Positions 36,808 to 46,507 of a stretch of DNA of 64,000 nt are shown here, one piece after another; within the stretch, counting starts at the first letter, position 1, and each line of letters opens with the position of its first letter. The stretch is from Oscillospiraceae bacterium (GTDB lineage: Bacteria > Bacillota > Clostridia > Oscillospirales > CAG-272), in NCBI GenBank assembly GCA_015064735.1, contig SVRP01000003.1, positions 78,248-142,247 on the forward strand, in the 5' to 3' direction. A model generated the notes under the pieces. It was not told where the DNA came from. It saw only the letters and a list, made by a program, of their open reading frames with translations, and ran no database searches. Position numbers and translations under genes: made by a program.

Positions 36808-37923
36808 TTAGTGAATTATGCAACGCTCGGTGTCGTTATCAAATACGTGGAGTCTGGACATATCGAATGCAACTCTAACCTTGTCGCCTGCTCTGGAGAG
36901 AGAACGGTTAGATACACGCGCGATAAGCTTAGTCTCCTCGCCGCAGGTGAGGTAGAGGTAGATCTCTGCACCCATAAGCTCGGTAACTTCAACGTCAACT
37001 TCAAAATTAGCATCGGGAGTATTTTCAACAGCCTTGCTATCATCGGAGATTGCTTCGGGACGGAGTCCTACTACAACTTCCTTACCCATGTAATCAGCAA
37101 GCTCGGGAGCATTTGCCTTGTTCTCGGGAAGCTTTACGGTTGCGCCGTCAAACTCGAAGTATACACCGTCTGCCTTCTTATTGAGGGTACCTCTGATGAA
37201 GTTCATCTGAGGTGTTCCTATAAATCCTGCAACGAAGATGTTGCAAGGCATATCGTAAAGGTTCTGAGGAGTATCAACCTGCTGGATAAGACCGTCCTTC
37301 ATAACAACGATTCTGGTTGCCATGGTCATAGCCTCGACCTGGTCGTGGGTTACGTATACGAAGGTGGTTCCTACACGGTTGTGGAGCTTTGTAAGCTCGG
37401 TTCTCATGGCTGCACGAAGCTTTGCGTCCAGGTTGGAAAGAGGCTCGTCAAGAAGGAATACCTTGGGGTTACGAACTATTGCACGTCCAAGCGCAACACG
37501 CTGCTTCTGACCTCCGGACAAAGCCTTCGGCTTTCTGTCGAGAAGGTGGGTTATATCAAGTACTCTTGCTGCTTCTTCAACACGGCGCTTGATCTCTTCC
37601 TTAGGCGTCTTGCTGAGCTTAAGTCCGAATGCCATGTTCTCGAAAACAGACATGTGAGGATAAAGAGCGTAGTTCTGGAAAACCATCGCGATCTTTCTGT
37701 CCTTAGGTGCTACGTCGTTAACAAGAGTGTCGCCTATGTAGAGCTCGCCTTCGGAAATCTCCTCAAGTCCTGCGATCATACGAAGGGTCGTGGTCTTTCC
37801 GCATCCGGAAGGTCCAACGAGAACCAAAAATTCCTTGTCCTTTACCTCGAGGTTAAAGTCCGATACCGCGGTTACTCCGCCCGGATACTTCTTGTAGATG
37901 TGTCTAAGTGATAAGCTTGCCAT
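36808..37923 (-). CDS. Stand-alone sugar-ABC-transporter ATP-binding protein (MsmK/UgpC/MalK type)
   Basis: Walker A reads GPSGCGKTT, the signature reads LSGGQKQR and Walker B reads FLLDEP. A MalK-like regulatory C-terminus is present. No permease or binding-protein genes are adjacent. Confidence 0.9.
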   Translation of the reverse strand: MASLSLRHIYKKYPGGVTAVSDFNLEVKDKEFLVLVGPSGCGKTTTLRMIAGLEEISEGELYIGDTLVNDVAPKDRKIAMVFQNYALYPHMSVFENMAFGLKLSKTPKEEIKRRVEEAARVLDITHLLDRKPKALSGGQKQRVALGRAIVRNPKVFLLDEPLSNLDAKLRAAMRTELTKLHNRVGTTFVYVTHDQVEAMTMATRIVVMKDGLIQQVDTPQNLYDMPCNIFVAGFIGTPQMNFIRGTLNKKADGVYFEFDGATVKLPENKANAPELADYMGKEVVVGLRPEAISDDSKAVENTPDANFEVDVEVTELMGAEIYLYLTCGEETKLIARVSNRSLSRAGDKVRVAFDMSRLHVFDNDTERCIIH

Positions 37924-38142
37924 CTGGATTACTCCTCCTAAAAACTGTGTTAATTTTATTTTTTATATTTTTATTTTTAACCGTACTTCTGTACTATAAT
38001 ATTGTACCAAATTTATTGCAAAAATGGAAGAGGGTAAATCTCCAAAATTTTATCTTTTTATTTGTACAAAATGCACAAAACGACGTTTTTTTGCTTTAAT
38101 TTGGCTTTTTGTTATTGCTTTGTCAATGTTAATATATTAAAA

Positions 38143-40302
38143 TCACTTCACGTTCTTCATACTGAGAGATATTCTCTTTTTCTTGAGGTCCACACCGAGA
38201 ACTCTTACCTTTACCTTATCGTTTACCGAAAGCGCCTCTGAAGGATGCTTTATGAAACGGTCGGATATTTCGGATATGTGCACAAGTCCGTCCTGATGCA
38301 CTCCTATGTCAACGAACGCTCCGAAGTCTATTACGTTTCTTACGGTTCCGTTGAGTATCATATCGGGCTTGAGATCCTCTATACTCAGCACGTCCTGACG
38401 AAGCTCTACGGGAGGCAAACTGTCTCTTACGTCGCGTCCCGGCTTGAGAAGCTCGGCTATTATATCGTGAAGTGTCGGTGCTCCGATTCCGCATTTTTCG
38501 CACACTGCAGCCGTACCCGCTTCCTTTACCTTTGCAGGAAGATCGGCAAGATTTCCTTCCGCTACGTCCTTTTCGGTGTATCCGAACATTTCAAGCAACG
38601 TGTGTGCCGCCTCGTAGGATTCGGGGTGTACTCCCGTGTTATCAAGTATCTCCTTTGAGTTGGGAACGCGCAAGAAGCCGGCGCACTGCTCAAACGCCTT
38701 TGCTCCGACTCTCGGAACCTTAAGTATTGCCGCGCGGTTTTTAAACTCTCCGTTTTCCTCGCGGTATTTTACTATATTCTTTGCGCTGGTGGCGTTTATT
38801 CCGGATATATATGACAGCAAGGAATGAGATGCTGTATTTATATCAACGCCTACAGAGTTTACGCAGTCCTCAACGACACCCTGAAGCGCGCTATCAAGTC
38901 TTGCTTGCTTCATATCATGCTGATACTGACCTACTCCTATAGATTTAGGGTCGATTTTAACAAGCTCGGCAAGGGGGTCCTGCAAGCGTCTTGCAATAGA
39001 CACTGCCGATCTCTGCATTACATCAAAGTCGGGAAATTCATCCGCCGCCAGCTTGGATGCAGAATAAACAGATGCACCTGCTTCACTGATTATAATGTAC
39101 TTACAGTCGTAATTTACATTTTTGAGAACGTCGGCTATAAATATCTCGCTCTCTCTTGACGCTGTTCCGTTACCGATGGCTATAACGTCCACGGAGTACT
39201 TTTCTACCATTTTCTTTATTATTTTTGCGGCTTCCTCGGTCTTCCACTTCTGTTTAGTGGTAGGATAAACCACAGCCGTATCGAGAACCTTTCCCGTTTT
39301 ATCGACAACGGCGGTCTTACAGCCGTTTATATATCCGGGGTCAAAGCCAAGAACGGTCTTACCCTTAAGGGGAGACTGCATAAGCAAGTGCTTAAGGTTG
39401 TCCGCAAAGAGCTTTATCGCTCCCTCTCCCGCGTTATCAAACAGGTCGTTTCTTATTTCTCTTTCTATGGAAGGCGCAATAAGTCTGTCATAGCCGTCTA
39501 CAACAGCCGCCTCGATATACTTAACCGCAGGGCTCTTTTGACAGCTTATAAGCTCTGCGCAAAGATAATTTAGGATAATTCCCTTTTCTACGGTAATGCT
39601 GACCTTAAGGAATTCCTCCTTCTCTCCTCTGTTTATGGCAAGAACTCTGTGCGCAGGGATCTTCGCTATTCCCTCGGAATACTCATAGTACTGCGAATAT
39701 ACCGAATCCTCTTCCTTTGCCTGCTTGGAGCTTATCATTCCCGTATCAAAGGTTACTTTTCTTATTGTCTTTCTGAAATCTGCGTTATCCGAAACGCTTT
39801 CGGCAATTATATCGCAAGCTCCCGCAATTGCATCCGCCGCGGTGGGAACTCCCTTTTCCTCATCCACGTATGCTTCTGCCTGATCCTCAATAGAAGGCTC
39901 GTAAACCTCAAGCTGAGACATAATAAGCTCCGAAAGGGGCTCAAGTCCTCTTTCCTTTGCGACAGATGCTCTTGTCTTTCTGTGAGGACGGAAGGGTCTG
40001 TATATATCGTCTACCTCGGTAATCGTCTTTGCGCCGTCAATTGCCGCCGCAATTTCGTCGGTCATCTTACCCATTTCGGTTATGAGATTTTTGACCTCTT
40101 CTTTACGTTTTTCTATATTTCGCAGATAAGTCAAGCGGTCGTCAAGCTCACGAAGCACGTTGTCGTCAAGGCTTCCCGTCTCTTCCTTTCTGTATCTTGC
40201 GATAAAGGGTATGGTATTGCCTTCATCTATAAGCGCCACCGTCTTTTCGACCTGTTCTTCTTTTATTTTAAATTCTTCTGCAAGCTGTTTGATTATGTCC
40301 AT
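38143..40302 (-). CDS. tex: Tex-like transcription accessory protein with C-terminal S1 domain
   Basis: 719 aa. The N-terminus contains TIPFIARYRKE, a YqgF-like centre follows, and the S1 domain reads GTVRNVIDFGAFVDIGVHQDGLVHISE. Confidence 0.9.
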   Translation of the reverse strand: MDIIKQLAEEFKIKEEQVEKTVALIDEGNTIPFIARYRKEETGSLDDNVLRELDDRLTYLRNIEKRKEEVKNLITEMGKMTDEIAAAIDGAKTITEVDDIYRPFRPHRKTRASVAKERGLEPLSELIMSQLEVYEPSIEDQAEAYVDEEKGVPTAADAIAGACDIIAESVSDNADFRKTIRKVTFDTGMISSKQAKEEDSVYSQYYEYSEGIAKIPAHRVLAINRGEKEEFLKVSITVEKGIILNYLCAELISCQKSPAVKYIEAAVVDGYDRLIAPSIEREIRNDLFDNAGEGAIKLFADNLKHLLMQSPLKGKTVLGFDPGYINGCKTAVVDKTGKVLDTAVVYPTTKQKWKTEEAAKIIKKMVEKYSVDVIAIGNGTASRESEIFIADVLKNVNYDCKYIIISEAGASVYSASKLAADEFPDFDVMQRSAVSIARRLQDPLAELVKIDPKSIGVGQYQHDMKQARLDSALQGVVEDCVNSVGVDINTASHSLLSYISGINATSAKNIVKYREENGEFKNRAAILKVPRVGAKAFEQCAGFLRVPNSKEILDNTGVHPESYEAAHTLLEMFGYTEKDVAEGNLADLPAKVKEAGTAAVCEKCGIGAPTLHDIIAELLKPGRDVRDSLPPVELRQDVLSIEDLKPDMILNGTVRNVIDFGAFVDIGVHQDGLVHISEISDRFIKHPSEALSVNDKVKVRVLGVDLKKKRISLSMKNVK

Positions 40303-40323
40303 TGTTTTCTCCGTTTGTTCTTT

Positions 40324-41040
40324 TTATTTATGTGCTTCAAGCTCTTTTATTTCTTCCTCGGTAAGATAACGCCACTCTCCCCGTTTAAGCTCTGTGTCAA
40401 GCATAAGAGGACCGAAGCTTATTCTTTCAAGGTAGGTAATTTTATTATCAAGCGCTTCAAGCATTCTTTTTATTTGATGGTATTTTCCCTCTACGAGGAC
40501 TATTTCTCCACCCATTCCGTCGTCATCGAGCTTTATTTTTGCGGGCTTTGTCTCATATCCGTCCTCAAGAGTCAGACCGTTTTCAAAACGCTTTGCGTCA
40601 TCCTCTGACATTGGAAATTTAGACTTATACCTATAAACCTTGCTCACGTGGCTTTTGGGAGCAAGCAATCTGTGGGCAAGCTCCCCATTATCGGTTATAA
40701 GCATAAGCCCAAGCGTATTTTTATCAAGTCTGCCGCAAGGAAAAAGATCCGTCTTTCTCATATCGGCAGGAAGCAGGTCAATGACCGTTCTGTCCTTTCC
40801 GTCCTCGGTTGCGCTGACCACTCCCTCGGGCTTGTTCATGAGAATATACGTATATTTGCGATAGGTTACGGGAGAGCCGCAAAACACCACCTTATCCGTA
40901 TCGGGATCAAGCTTGGTGTCTGATGATTTCACCGTAACCCCATTGACAGTTACGCCACCCGCTCTTATTATTTTTTTTGCCTCGGTTCTTGTGCAGCACC
41001 CGGTAACACCGAGGTATCTGTCTATTCTCATTTTTTCCAA
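40324..41040 (-). CDS. RsuA/RluB-family pseudouridine synthase
   Basis: The S4 domain reads MRIDRYL and the catalytic motif reads GRLDKNTLGLMLITDNG. Confidence 0.85.
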   Translation of the reverse strand: MEKMRIDRYLGVTGCCTRTEAKKIIRAGGVTVNGVTVKSSDTKLDPDTDKVVFCGSPVTYRKYTYILMNKPEGVVSATEDGKDRTVIDLLPADMRKTDLFPCGRLDKNTLGLMLITDNGELAHRLLAPKSHVSKVYRYKSKFPMSEDDAKRFENGLTLEDGYETKPAKIKLDDDGMGGEIVLVEGKYHQIKRMLEALDNKITYLERISFGPLMLDTELKRGEWRYLTEEEIKELEAHK

Positions 41041-41055
41041 GGTATTCGTTATCCT

Positions 41056-41175
41056 TTACAGGCTGAATATTATAAGCATTATCAAAGCAGCAGCGCCAAG
41101 ACAAGCAAGACCTGCAATAAAGCCTGCAAGGAATTCCTTTCTTCTTTTAGCTTTTTCGCTGTTTTCGGGTTTCAC
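41056..41175 (-). CDS. Possible 39-aa single-pass membrane peptide
   Basis: My own translation from the GTG at 41175 (GGAGGTGTTGCCC upstream) gives VKPENSEKAKRRKEFLAGFIAGLACLGAALIMLIIFSL-type sequence. It is not in the ORF track because it is under 60 aa. Confidence 0.3.
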   Translation of the reverse strand: MKPENSEKAKRRKEFLAGFIAGLACLGAAALIMLIIFSL

Positions 41176-41223
41176 GGGCAACACCTCCTCGGTGTTATTA
41201 TTCCCCTATAAATCCCTTAAAAA

Positions 41224-42009
41224 TCACGATTCTACAAGTGGATAAGTAAGAAGCGCTATGAAGGTGCTCTTTTCTATTTCATAAAGCATTTGTGTAGATT
41301 TCTTAAGCTTTTTTTCATGGTAAAGAGGCACCTGCAAGCAAATGACCGTATCTGCGGGAAGCTTCTGCATCGCAGGATATACTTTATATATCTCCGTATC
41401 CCCAAGTCTTACTCCGCAATCATCTATTGCTCCTTCGGGAAGGCTGTCCCCAAAAAGCTCCGAAAGCTTACACAGCGATTCCTTGGGTATACTGTCGTAT
41501 ATCCATTTCTCCAAAAGCATTATGGATGCGTCTCCCGTTTGAAGATACGATAGGAAATTGGAGTATTCGTTTGTGTTCCTGTTTGCGTCGTAGTTTTTAT
41601 TTCCTTCCTTTATCTGTTCCTCGGAAAGGACGTAATATCTGTTAAGCGCAAGGGCAACGTGTCCGTCATCGTTGGTATCCTCCGGAACAAAGCCCCCGAG
41701 CATTTCCTCGAGATCTGCTACCTCCTGTCCCTCAAGCTGTTTACTGCCTGCATAGAGAATCTTCATATCGTATTTTGTGGTCCTCAACGACTGCACGGTG
41801 CAGACCGTTACCACAATCACCAAAAAGGTAATTATTATTGTATGCCATTTATAGTGATACCAGAAATTATCCAACCATTTGTAAAAATTCCCGTGTTCCT
41901 TTTGTGGAGCTTTATTGCCGCTTACGCTCTCATTGGGATTGATGCGTATATCTACGTCGGGGATCTTCTCGTCGTCGGGTCTCTGTCTTCTTTTGTTTTC
42001 TTCTTTCAT
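41224..42009 (-). CDS. Hypothetical membrane-anchored protein
   Basis: 261 aa. A charged N-terminus is followed by one TM helix (WHTIIITFLVIVVTVCTV) and an extracytoplasmic domain. I recognise no motif. Confidence 0.6.
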   Translation of the reverse strand: MKEENKRRQRPDDEKIPDVDIRINPNESVSGNKAPQKEHGNFYKWLDNFWYHYKWHTIIITFLVIVVTVCTVQSLRTTKYDMKILYAGSKQLEGQEVADLEEMLGGFVPEDTNDDGHVALALNRYYVLSEEQIKEGNKNYDANRNTNEYSNFLSYLQTGDASIMLLEKWIYDSIPKESLCKLSELFGDSLPEGAIDDCGVRLGDTEIYKVYPAMQKLPADTVICLQVPLYHEKKLKKSTQMLYEIEKSTFIALLTYPLVES

Positions 42010-42119
42010 TCCTATTCCTCAACGGCTTCATAAAATAAATGACAGCCCTCCCTTTTTAGGGAAGGCTGCATTTGTCCGCTGCTCTTATGCAGCATCGCTA
42101 TTAACTTATCCTATCCCTA

Positions 42120-42590
42120 TTATGCTTTATATACGTCGAGAATCTTCATGCTTACCGCGCCCTTGGGGGTTTCAACCACAACAGTCGAGCCCTTCTTCGC
42201 GCCCACAAGCGACTTGCCTACGGGGGACATATCGGATATCATATTCATAAAGGGATCTGCTTCGTTTGAGCCTACTATCTTATACTCCACCGTCTGACCG
42301 TTCTTTTCAACCTTAACGGTAGAACCGAGTCCTATGGTCTCGGAGTCGTGAGGAATATCGTCAACGACCTCCGCGTGCTGAATAAGCTCCTCAAGCTCCT
42401 TGATTCTTGCCTCGTTCTTAGCCTGCTCGTTTCTTGCCTCATCGTACTCTGCATTCTCGGAAAGGTCTCCGAAGGATCTTGCCTCTGCAATGGCGAGCTT
42501 TATTCTTTCTCTTTCCTCTTTACTTCTGAACTCGTACTCTTCCTTAAGCTTTGCAAAGCCTTCTCTTGTATATTTCATAATTTCTGCCAT
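42120..42590 (-). CDS. greA: Transcription elongation factor GreA
   Basis: I chose the start MAEIMKYTREGFAKLKEEYEF (CAT at 42588-42590, GGAGAAATATC upstream). The FGDLSENAEYDEAR motif is present. The longer track ORF would overlap the upstream gene. Confidence 0.9.
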   Translation of the reverse strand: MAEIMKYTREGFAKLKEEYEFRSKEERERIKLAIAEARSFGDLSENAEYDEARNEQAKNEARIKELEELIQHAEVVDDIPHDSETIGLGSTVKVEKNGQTVEYKIVGSNEADPFMNMISDMSPVGKSLVGAKKGSTVVVETPKGAVSMKILDVYKA

Positions 42591-42612
42591 GATATTTCTC
42601 CTTAAAAATATT

Positions 42613-44166
42613 TTATTTTGTAAAGCAATCAAGCGCCTTTGCAAGCTGATTGTCTTCTTCATCGGTTATGGTATAAATGTTTTTTCCCGCAAGAGCCTCA
42701 TCGAGCTCCTCAACAACGTCAGGTGTTATTCCAACTCCGTCATATCCGTCGTTATAGCCTCCGTTTGCTCCTGAAAAGTACTTAGCAACCGTAAGCTTCA
42801 GCGCACCCTCGTATCCGAATTGACTGAGGTCATACATTGTCTGCATGCTTCCCTTTCCGAAGGTCTTTGTTCCGACTGTCTTGCCTATATTATAATCACG
42901 GAAGGTAGCCGTAAACAGCTCTCCCGCGCTTGCGGTACTTTCGTTACAAAGCACTGTATATTGGAAATTGTCTTTCTTATATTTTCCAATGTCCGCCGCG
43001 CTTACGCTACATCCCGCATAAGCTCCGTTATAGCTTGATACACCGACCTTTTCAAACTCCTCGGCTCCCGACTTATATTTAGTACGCATTACTACGTCGC
43101 CCTCTTTCAGGAAGTAACTGAGTACCGCCTTTACAGAAAGAGCGTCTCCGCCCGGGTTATAGCGCATATCAAATACGAATTTGGTACAGCCCTTGGATAT
43201 GAGGTCATCCATTGCAAGCGAAAACTGTGTTGGTGTCGTAAGGTCAAAGCCTATTACCTTTACAATGCCTACCGTGGGGTCTGAGCTATGAACTCGGTGA
43301 AGCACCGAATCCTCGGTAACGGTTTCTCTGACTATACGGCACTCTATCGTCTCATAGCCGTTATTATTGGGTCTCTTGACAGTAAATTCAGCTGTTGTTC
43401 CCTTTTTGCCTACAAGCTTAACAAGCGCCATTTCGTAACCCATTGTGTCCACGGGCTCCATGCTCTCTCCTATACCGACTCCGTATATAAGATCTCCCGA
43501 AAGAAGTCCGAATTTCTCCGCAGGGGAGTTTCTGGTTACGTTTACTATCTGCATACATTTTACGGTAGCACCGTTTATTTCAGCTTCGGCTTCTATAATG
43601 TTTATTCCTATACCCTCATTTTGACCCTGAGCCGCAAGCCTTTGTGCCTCAAGCTCCTCTGCGGTATAGTAATACGCGTACCTGTCTCCCGTTGCCGCGA
43701 CAAAAGCCTTTATTGCGCTTGCGCGCATCAGATCATGGTCTATCTCCTCAAAGGAATAGAAATCCATAAACTGCTTTATGAGACCGAATATATACCCATC
43801 CCCGTCGCTGAAATCAAGAGAAGGGTCAAGGTGTATTCCATCCCCCGCTCCGTCGTCCTTGGTAACAGTCGCAAGCTTCCGCCTGTACATTGTGGTACAT
43901 ACGGTAAAGGTGATCATTACCGTTGCAACAACCAGCGATACTGCGGCTATCCAAAAGGAAAACAGTGATATCTTTCTTCTCTGTCTCGGCTCGTCTTCCG
44001 TGCTTTCGGTGTCGTCCTCGCTCACATCAGAGTCCTCCGACGACTCCTGAACGGGAGGCTCATTACCGGATTCCTGAACAGCATTGCCGTTTTCGGTTTC
44101 CTCTATATTTTCCCCTATATTTTCCTCGGAGGATTCCTCCATGGGGGTGTTTTCATTTTCTTGCAT
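42613..44166 (-). CDS. S41-family C-terminal processing peptidase with acidic N-terminal tail and TM anchor
   Basis: A PDZ-like segment is followed by the catalytic region NESTASAGELF...GTKTFGKGS. Confidence 0.85.
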   Translation of the reverse strand: MQENENTPMEESSEENIGENIEETENGNAVQESGNEPPVQESSEDSDVSEDDTESTEDEPRQRRKISLFSFWIAAVSLVVATVMITFTVCTTMYRRKLATVTKDDGAGDGIHLDPSLDFSDGDGYIFGLIKQFMDFYSFEEIDHDLMRASAIKAFVAATGDRYAYYYTAEELEAQRLAAQGQNEGIGINIIEAEAEINGATVKCMQIVNVTRNSPAEKFGLLSGDLIYGVGIGESMEPVDTMGYEMALVKLVGKKGTTAEFTVKRPNNNGYETIECRIVRETVTEDSVLHRVHSSDPTVGIVKVIGFDLTTPTQFSLAMDDLISKGCTKFVFDMRYNPGGDALSVKAVLSYFLKEGDVVMRTKYKSGAEEFEKVGVSSYNGAYAGCSVSAADIGKYKKDNFQYTVLCNESTASAGELFTATFRDYNIGKTVGTKTFGKGSMQTMYDLSQFGYEGALKLTVAKYFSGANGGYNDGYDGVGITPDVVEELDEALAGKNIYTITDEEDNQLAKALDCFTK

Positions 44167-44290
44167 TAACTGAATTTCTCCTTAATAATTGATGTTTGAA
44201 AAATTCACAGCCAAATGACATTGATTATTTCAAAAGACATCGAAAAGCGAAAGAAGCCCGAGCCTTTCGCCCATGCCTCTTTCGCTATTT

Positions 44291-45376
44291 TCAAAACTTT
44301 GCAGGCTTTGAATCCAAATACTTTCTAACCATAAGCGCAACCTTGAAGGTTATGGCATGGTTAAACTCACGAAGATCAAGTCCCGTGAGATTTCTGATTT
44401 TTTCAAGTCTGTATACGAGGGTGTTTCTATGTACGAACAGCTTTCTTGAGGTCTCGGATACGTTGAGGTTATTCTCAAAGAAGCACTGAATGGTCATAAG
44501 GGTCTCTCTGTCAAGAGAATCAAGGTTACCCTTCTTGAATACTTCCTGAAGGAACATTTCGCAGAGAGTAGTGGGAAGCTGATATATAAGTCTGCCTATG
44601 CCAAGGTTTTCGTAGCTGATTATATTCTTTTCGGTCTCGAATACCTTTCCGACCTCAAGCGCCACCTGCGCCTCCTGATATGCCTTTGCGAGATCCTTTA
44701 TGTTCTCTACCACGGTAGATATACCGATAACTACCTTGGTATAGAACTCGGTGGAAATGGTATCTGCTATGTTTACAGCCATTTCCTCGATTTCCTTCAT
44801 CTCAATTCCGGGCTTAAGCTCCTTAACGAGAACTATGTCGTGCTCGCCTACGCTTATTACGTAATCCTTAGACTTATCGGGGAACATATTCTGAAGCATC
44901 TCAAAGGGCATCATATCGGTCTTGCCGAAGAACTTAATGAGAAATACTACCCTGGGTTCCTCGGTATTGAAATGAAGCTCCTTGGACTTTATGTAAATAT
45001 CGCTTGGGAGAATATTATCAAGAATAATGTTCTTTATAAATGAGCCCTTGTCGTATTTTTCGTCGTAAAGGCTCTTAATATTTCCGAGAGAAACAGCAAG
45101 AAGCTTGGACATCTTCTCTGCCATTTTATCCTCTCCCTCTACGAAAACGATATACTCGCTCTTCTGACCCGATCCCATATAACGGTAGGTATATCCGTTT
45201 ACGGGCATAAACTCGTTGGAGAATGAAAGCTCATCCTTTACACCCTGACGGATCTCCCCCATTTTTCCGAGGTCGGAACAGGATATTACAACGTCGTTCT
45301 CGTCAATTACTCCGATAACTCTGTCGAATGCATCCTTCATCTGATAGATTACGCTTTGAAACAATCTGTTAGACAT
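44291..45376 (-). CDS. PucR/CdaR-family transcriptional regulator
   Basis: The C-terminal HTH reads NLNVSETSRKLFVHRNTLVYRLEKIRNLTGLDL. Confidence 0.8.
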   Translation of the reverse strand: MSNRLFQSVIYQMKDAFDRVIGVIDENDVVISCSDLGKMGEIRQGVKDELSFSNEFMPVNGYTYRYMGSGQKSEYIVFVEGEDKMAEKMSKLLAVSLGNIKSLYDEKYDKGSFIKNIILDNILPSDIYIKSKELHFNTEEPRVVFLIKFFGKTDMMPFEMLQNMFPDKSKDYVISVGEHDIVLVKELKPGIEMKEIEEMAVNIADTISTEFYTKVVIGISTVVENIKDLAKAYQEAQVALEVGKVFETEKNIISYENLGIGRLIYQLPTTLCEMFLQEVFKKGNLDSLDRETLMTIQCFFENNLNVSETSRKLFVHRNTLVYRLEKIRNLTGLDLREFNHAITFKVALMVRKYLDSKPAKF

Positions 45377-45559
45377 ACTTAACCCCTCTAAAAATCGTAA
45401 TAAAAATGAAAATTGTATATACTAACCTATATTGTAAACTATTTTTTGTGATTTTTCAATAGGTTTTTAATAATTTTTAATAATTTTTAACAAATTTTTT
45501 ATACCTTATTTATGAAAATATGACTTGTACAATATTACCAATAGTTTTGCCAATCCGAT

Positions 45560-46318
45560 TTACTGAAGCTCACACGCATAGACGAGACATGCCAAAATAA
45601 AGCCCGATGCTGTCTCGGTACGGAGTATTCTTTTGCCGAGTCCCACGGGAACAGCTCCTGCATTCTTTATTCTTTCCGCCTCTGCAAGAGAAAATCCGCC
45701 CTCGCTTCCGATTATAACAGAAATGCTGCTTCCTTCCTCACCAAGAAGTCTTTCGGACTCTCTTGCGAGTACCTTTCCCAATGGCTCGGTGCCATCTCCC
45801 TCGTAGCAGAACAGGCAGAGCCCGTCGTTCTTTATCATGTCAAGCATCCGAGCAAAGTCTACCGTCTCTCTTACCTCCGGCAAAAGACTTCTCCCACACT
45901 GCTTGGCTGCCTCCTCGGCAATCCTTTTGCGGCGCTCGGTCTTTCTCTGCTCTGCTTCAGGCTTCATACGGACAACACATCTTTCACTCTCAAAGGGAAT
46001 TATTTCTGATGCTCCGCACTCAACTGCCTTCTGAATGACCGTGTCCAGCTTATCGCCCTTGGGAAGTGCCTGAAAGAGTCTTATTCTCACAGGCGGTTCG
46101 TTTTCGGGAGATTTTATACTCTCTATTTTTGCCCGTACTTCCTTATTTTCGTTAAATTCGGTTATGGCGCAATCGTATTCGTTCCCCTGCATATCGCATA
46201 CGGTTATTTTGTCCCCTACAGCCATTCGAAGCGATCTTGCTATATGATGAGCATCGTCTCCGCAAAGCAGTACGGTATCGTTATATATCTGAGAACGTCT
46301 TATGAAAAATCTTGGCAT
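45560..46318 (-). CDS. rsmE: 16S rRNA (uracil1498-N3)-methyltransferase
   Basis: The N-terminus MPRFFI...DDAHHIARSLRM and the C-terminal IGSEGGFS...LGKRILRTETA match RsmE. Confidence 0.85.
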   Translation of the reverse strand: MPRFFIRRSQIYNDTVLLCGDDAHHIARSLRMAVGDKITVCDMQGNEYDCAITEFNENKEVRAKIESIKSPENEPPVRIRLFQALPKGDKLDTVIQKAVECGASEIIPFESERCVVRMKPEAEQRKTERRKRIAEEAAKQCGRSLLPEVRETVDFARMLDMIKNDGLCLFCYEGDGTEPLGKVLARESERLLGEEGSSISVIIGSEGGFSLAEAERIKNAGAVPVGLGKRILRTETASGFILACLVYACELQ

Positions 46319-46507
46319 TATTTTACTCCGTTTTGTTACGTTTTCATATTTGTAGATATTATACCATCATTTTCCATCTTCTTCAATACCTTTTTTTCTT
46401 AATTTAAGCGCATTTTTAAAAAATCTCTCCTTGACATCACGTAATGTGTATGGTATAATTACTGTGAATTGATTTACGGATTTTATATTCGGGAAAGGAT
46501 ACCGCTA

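Noticed and set aside
36790-37911. A 373-aa plus-strand ORF.
   Set aside because: It is antisense to the ABC ATPase, whose Walker A, signature and Walker B motifs are unambiguous on the minus strand.
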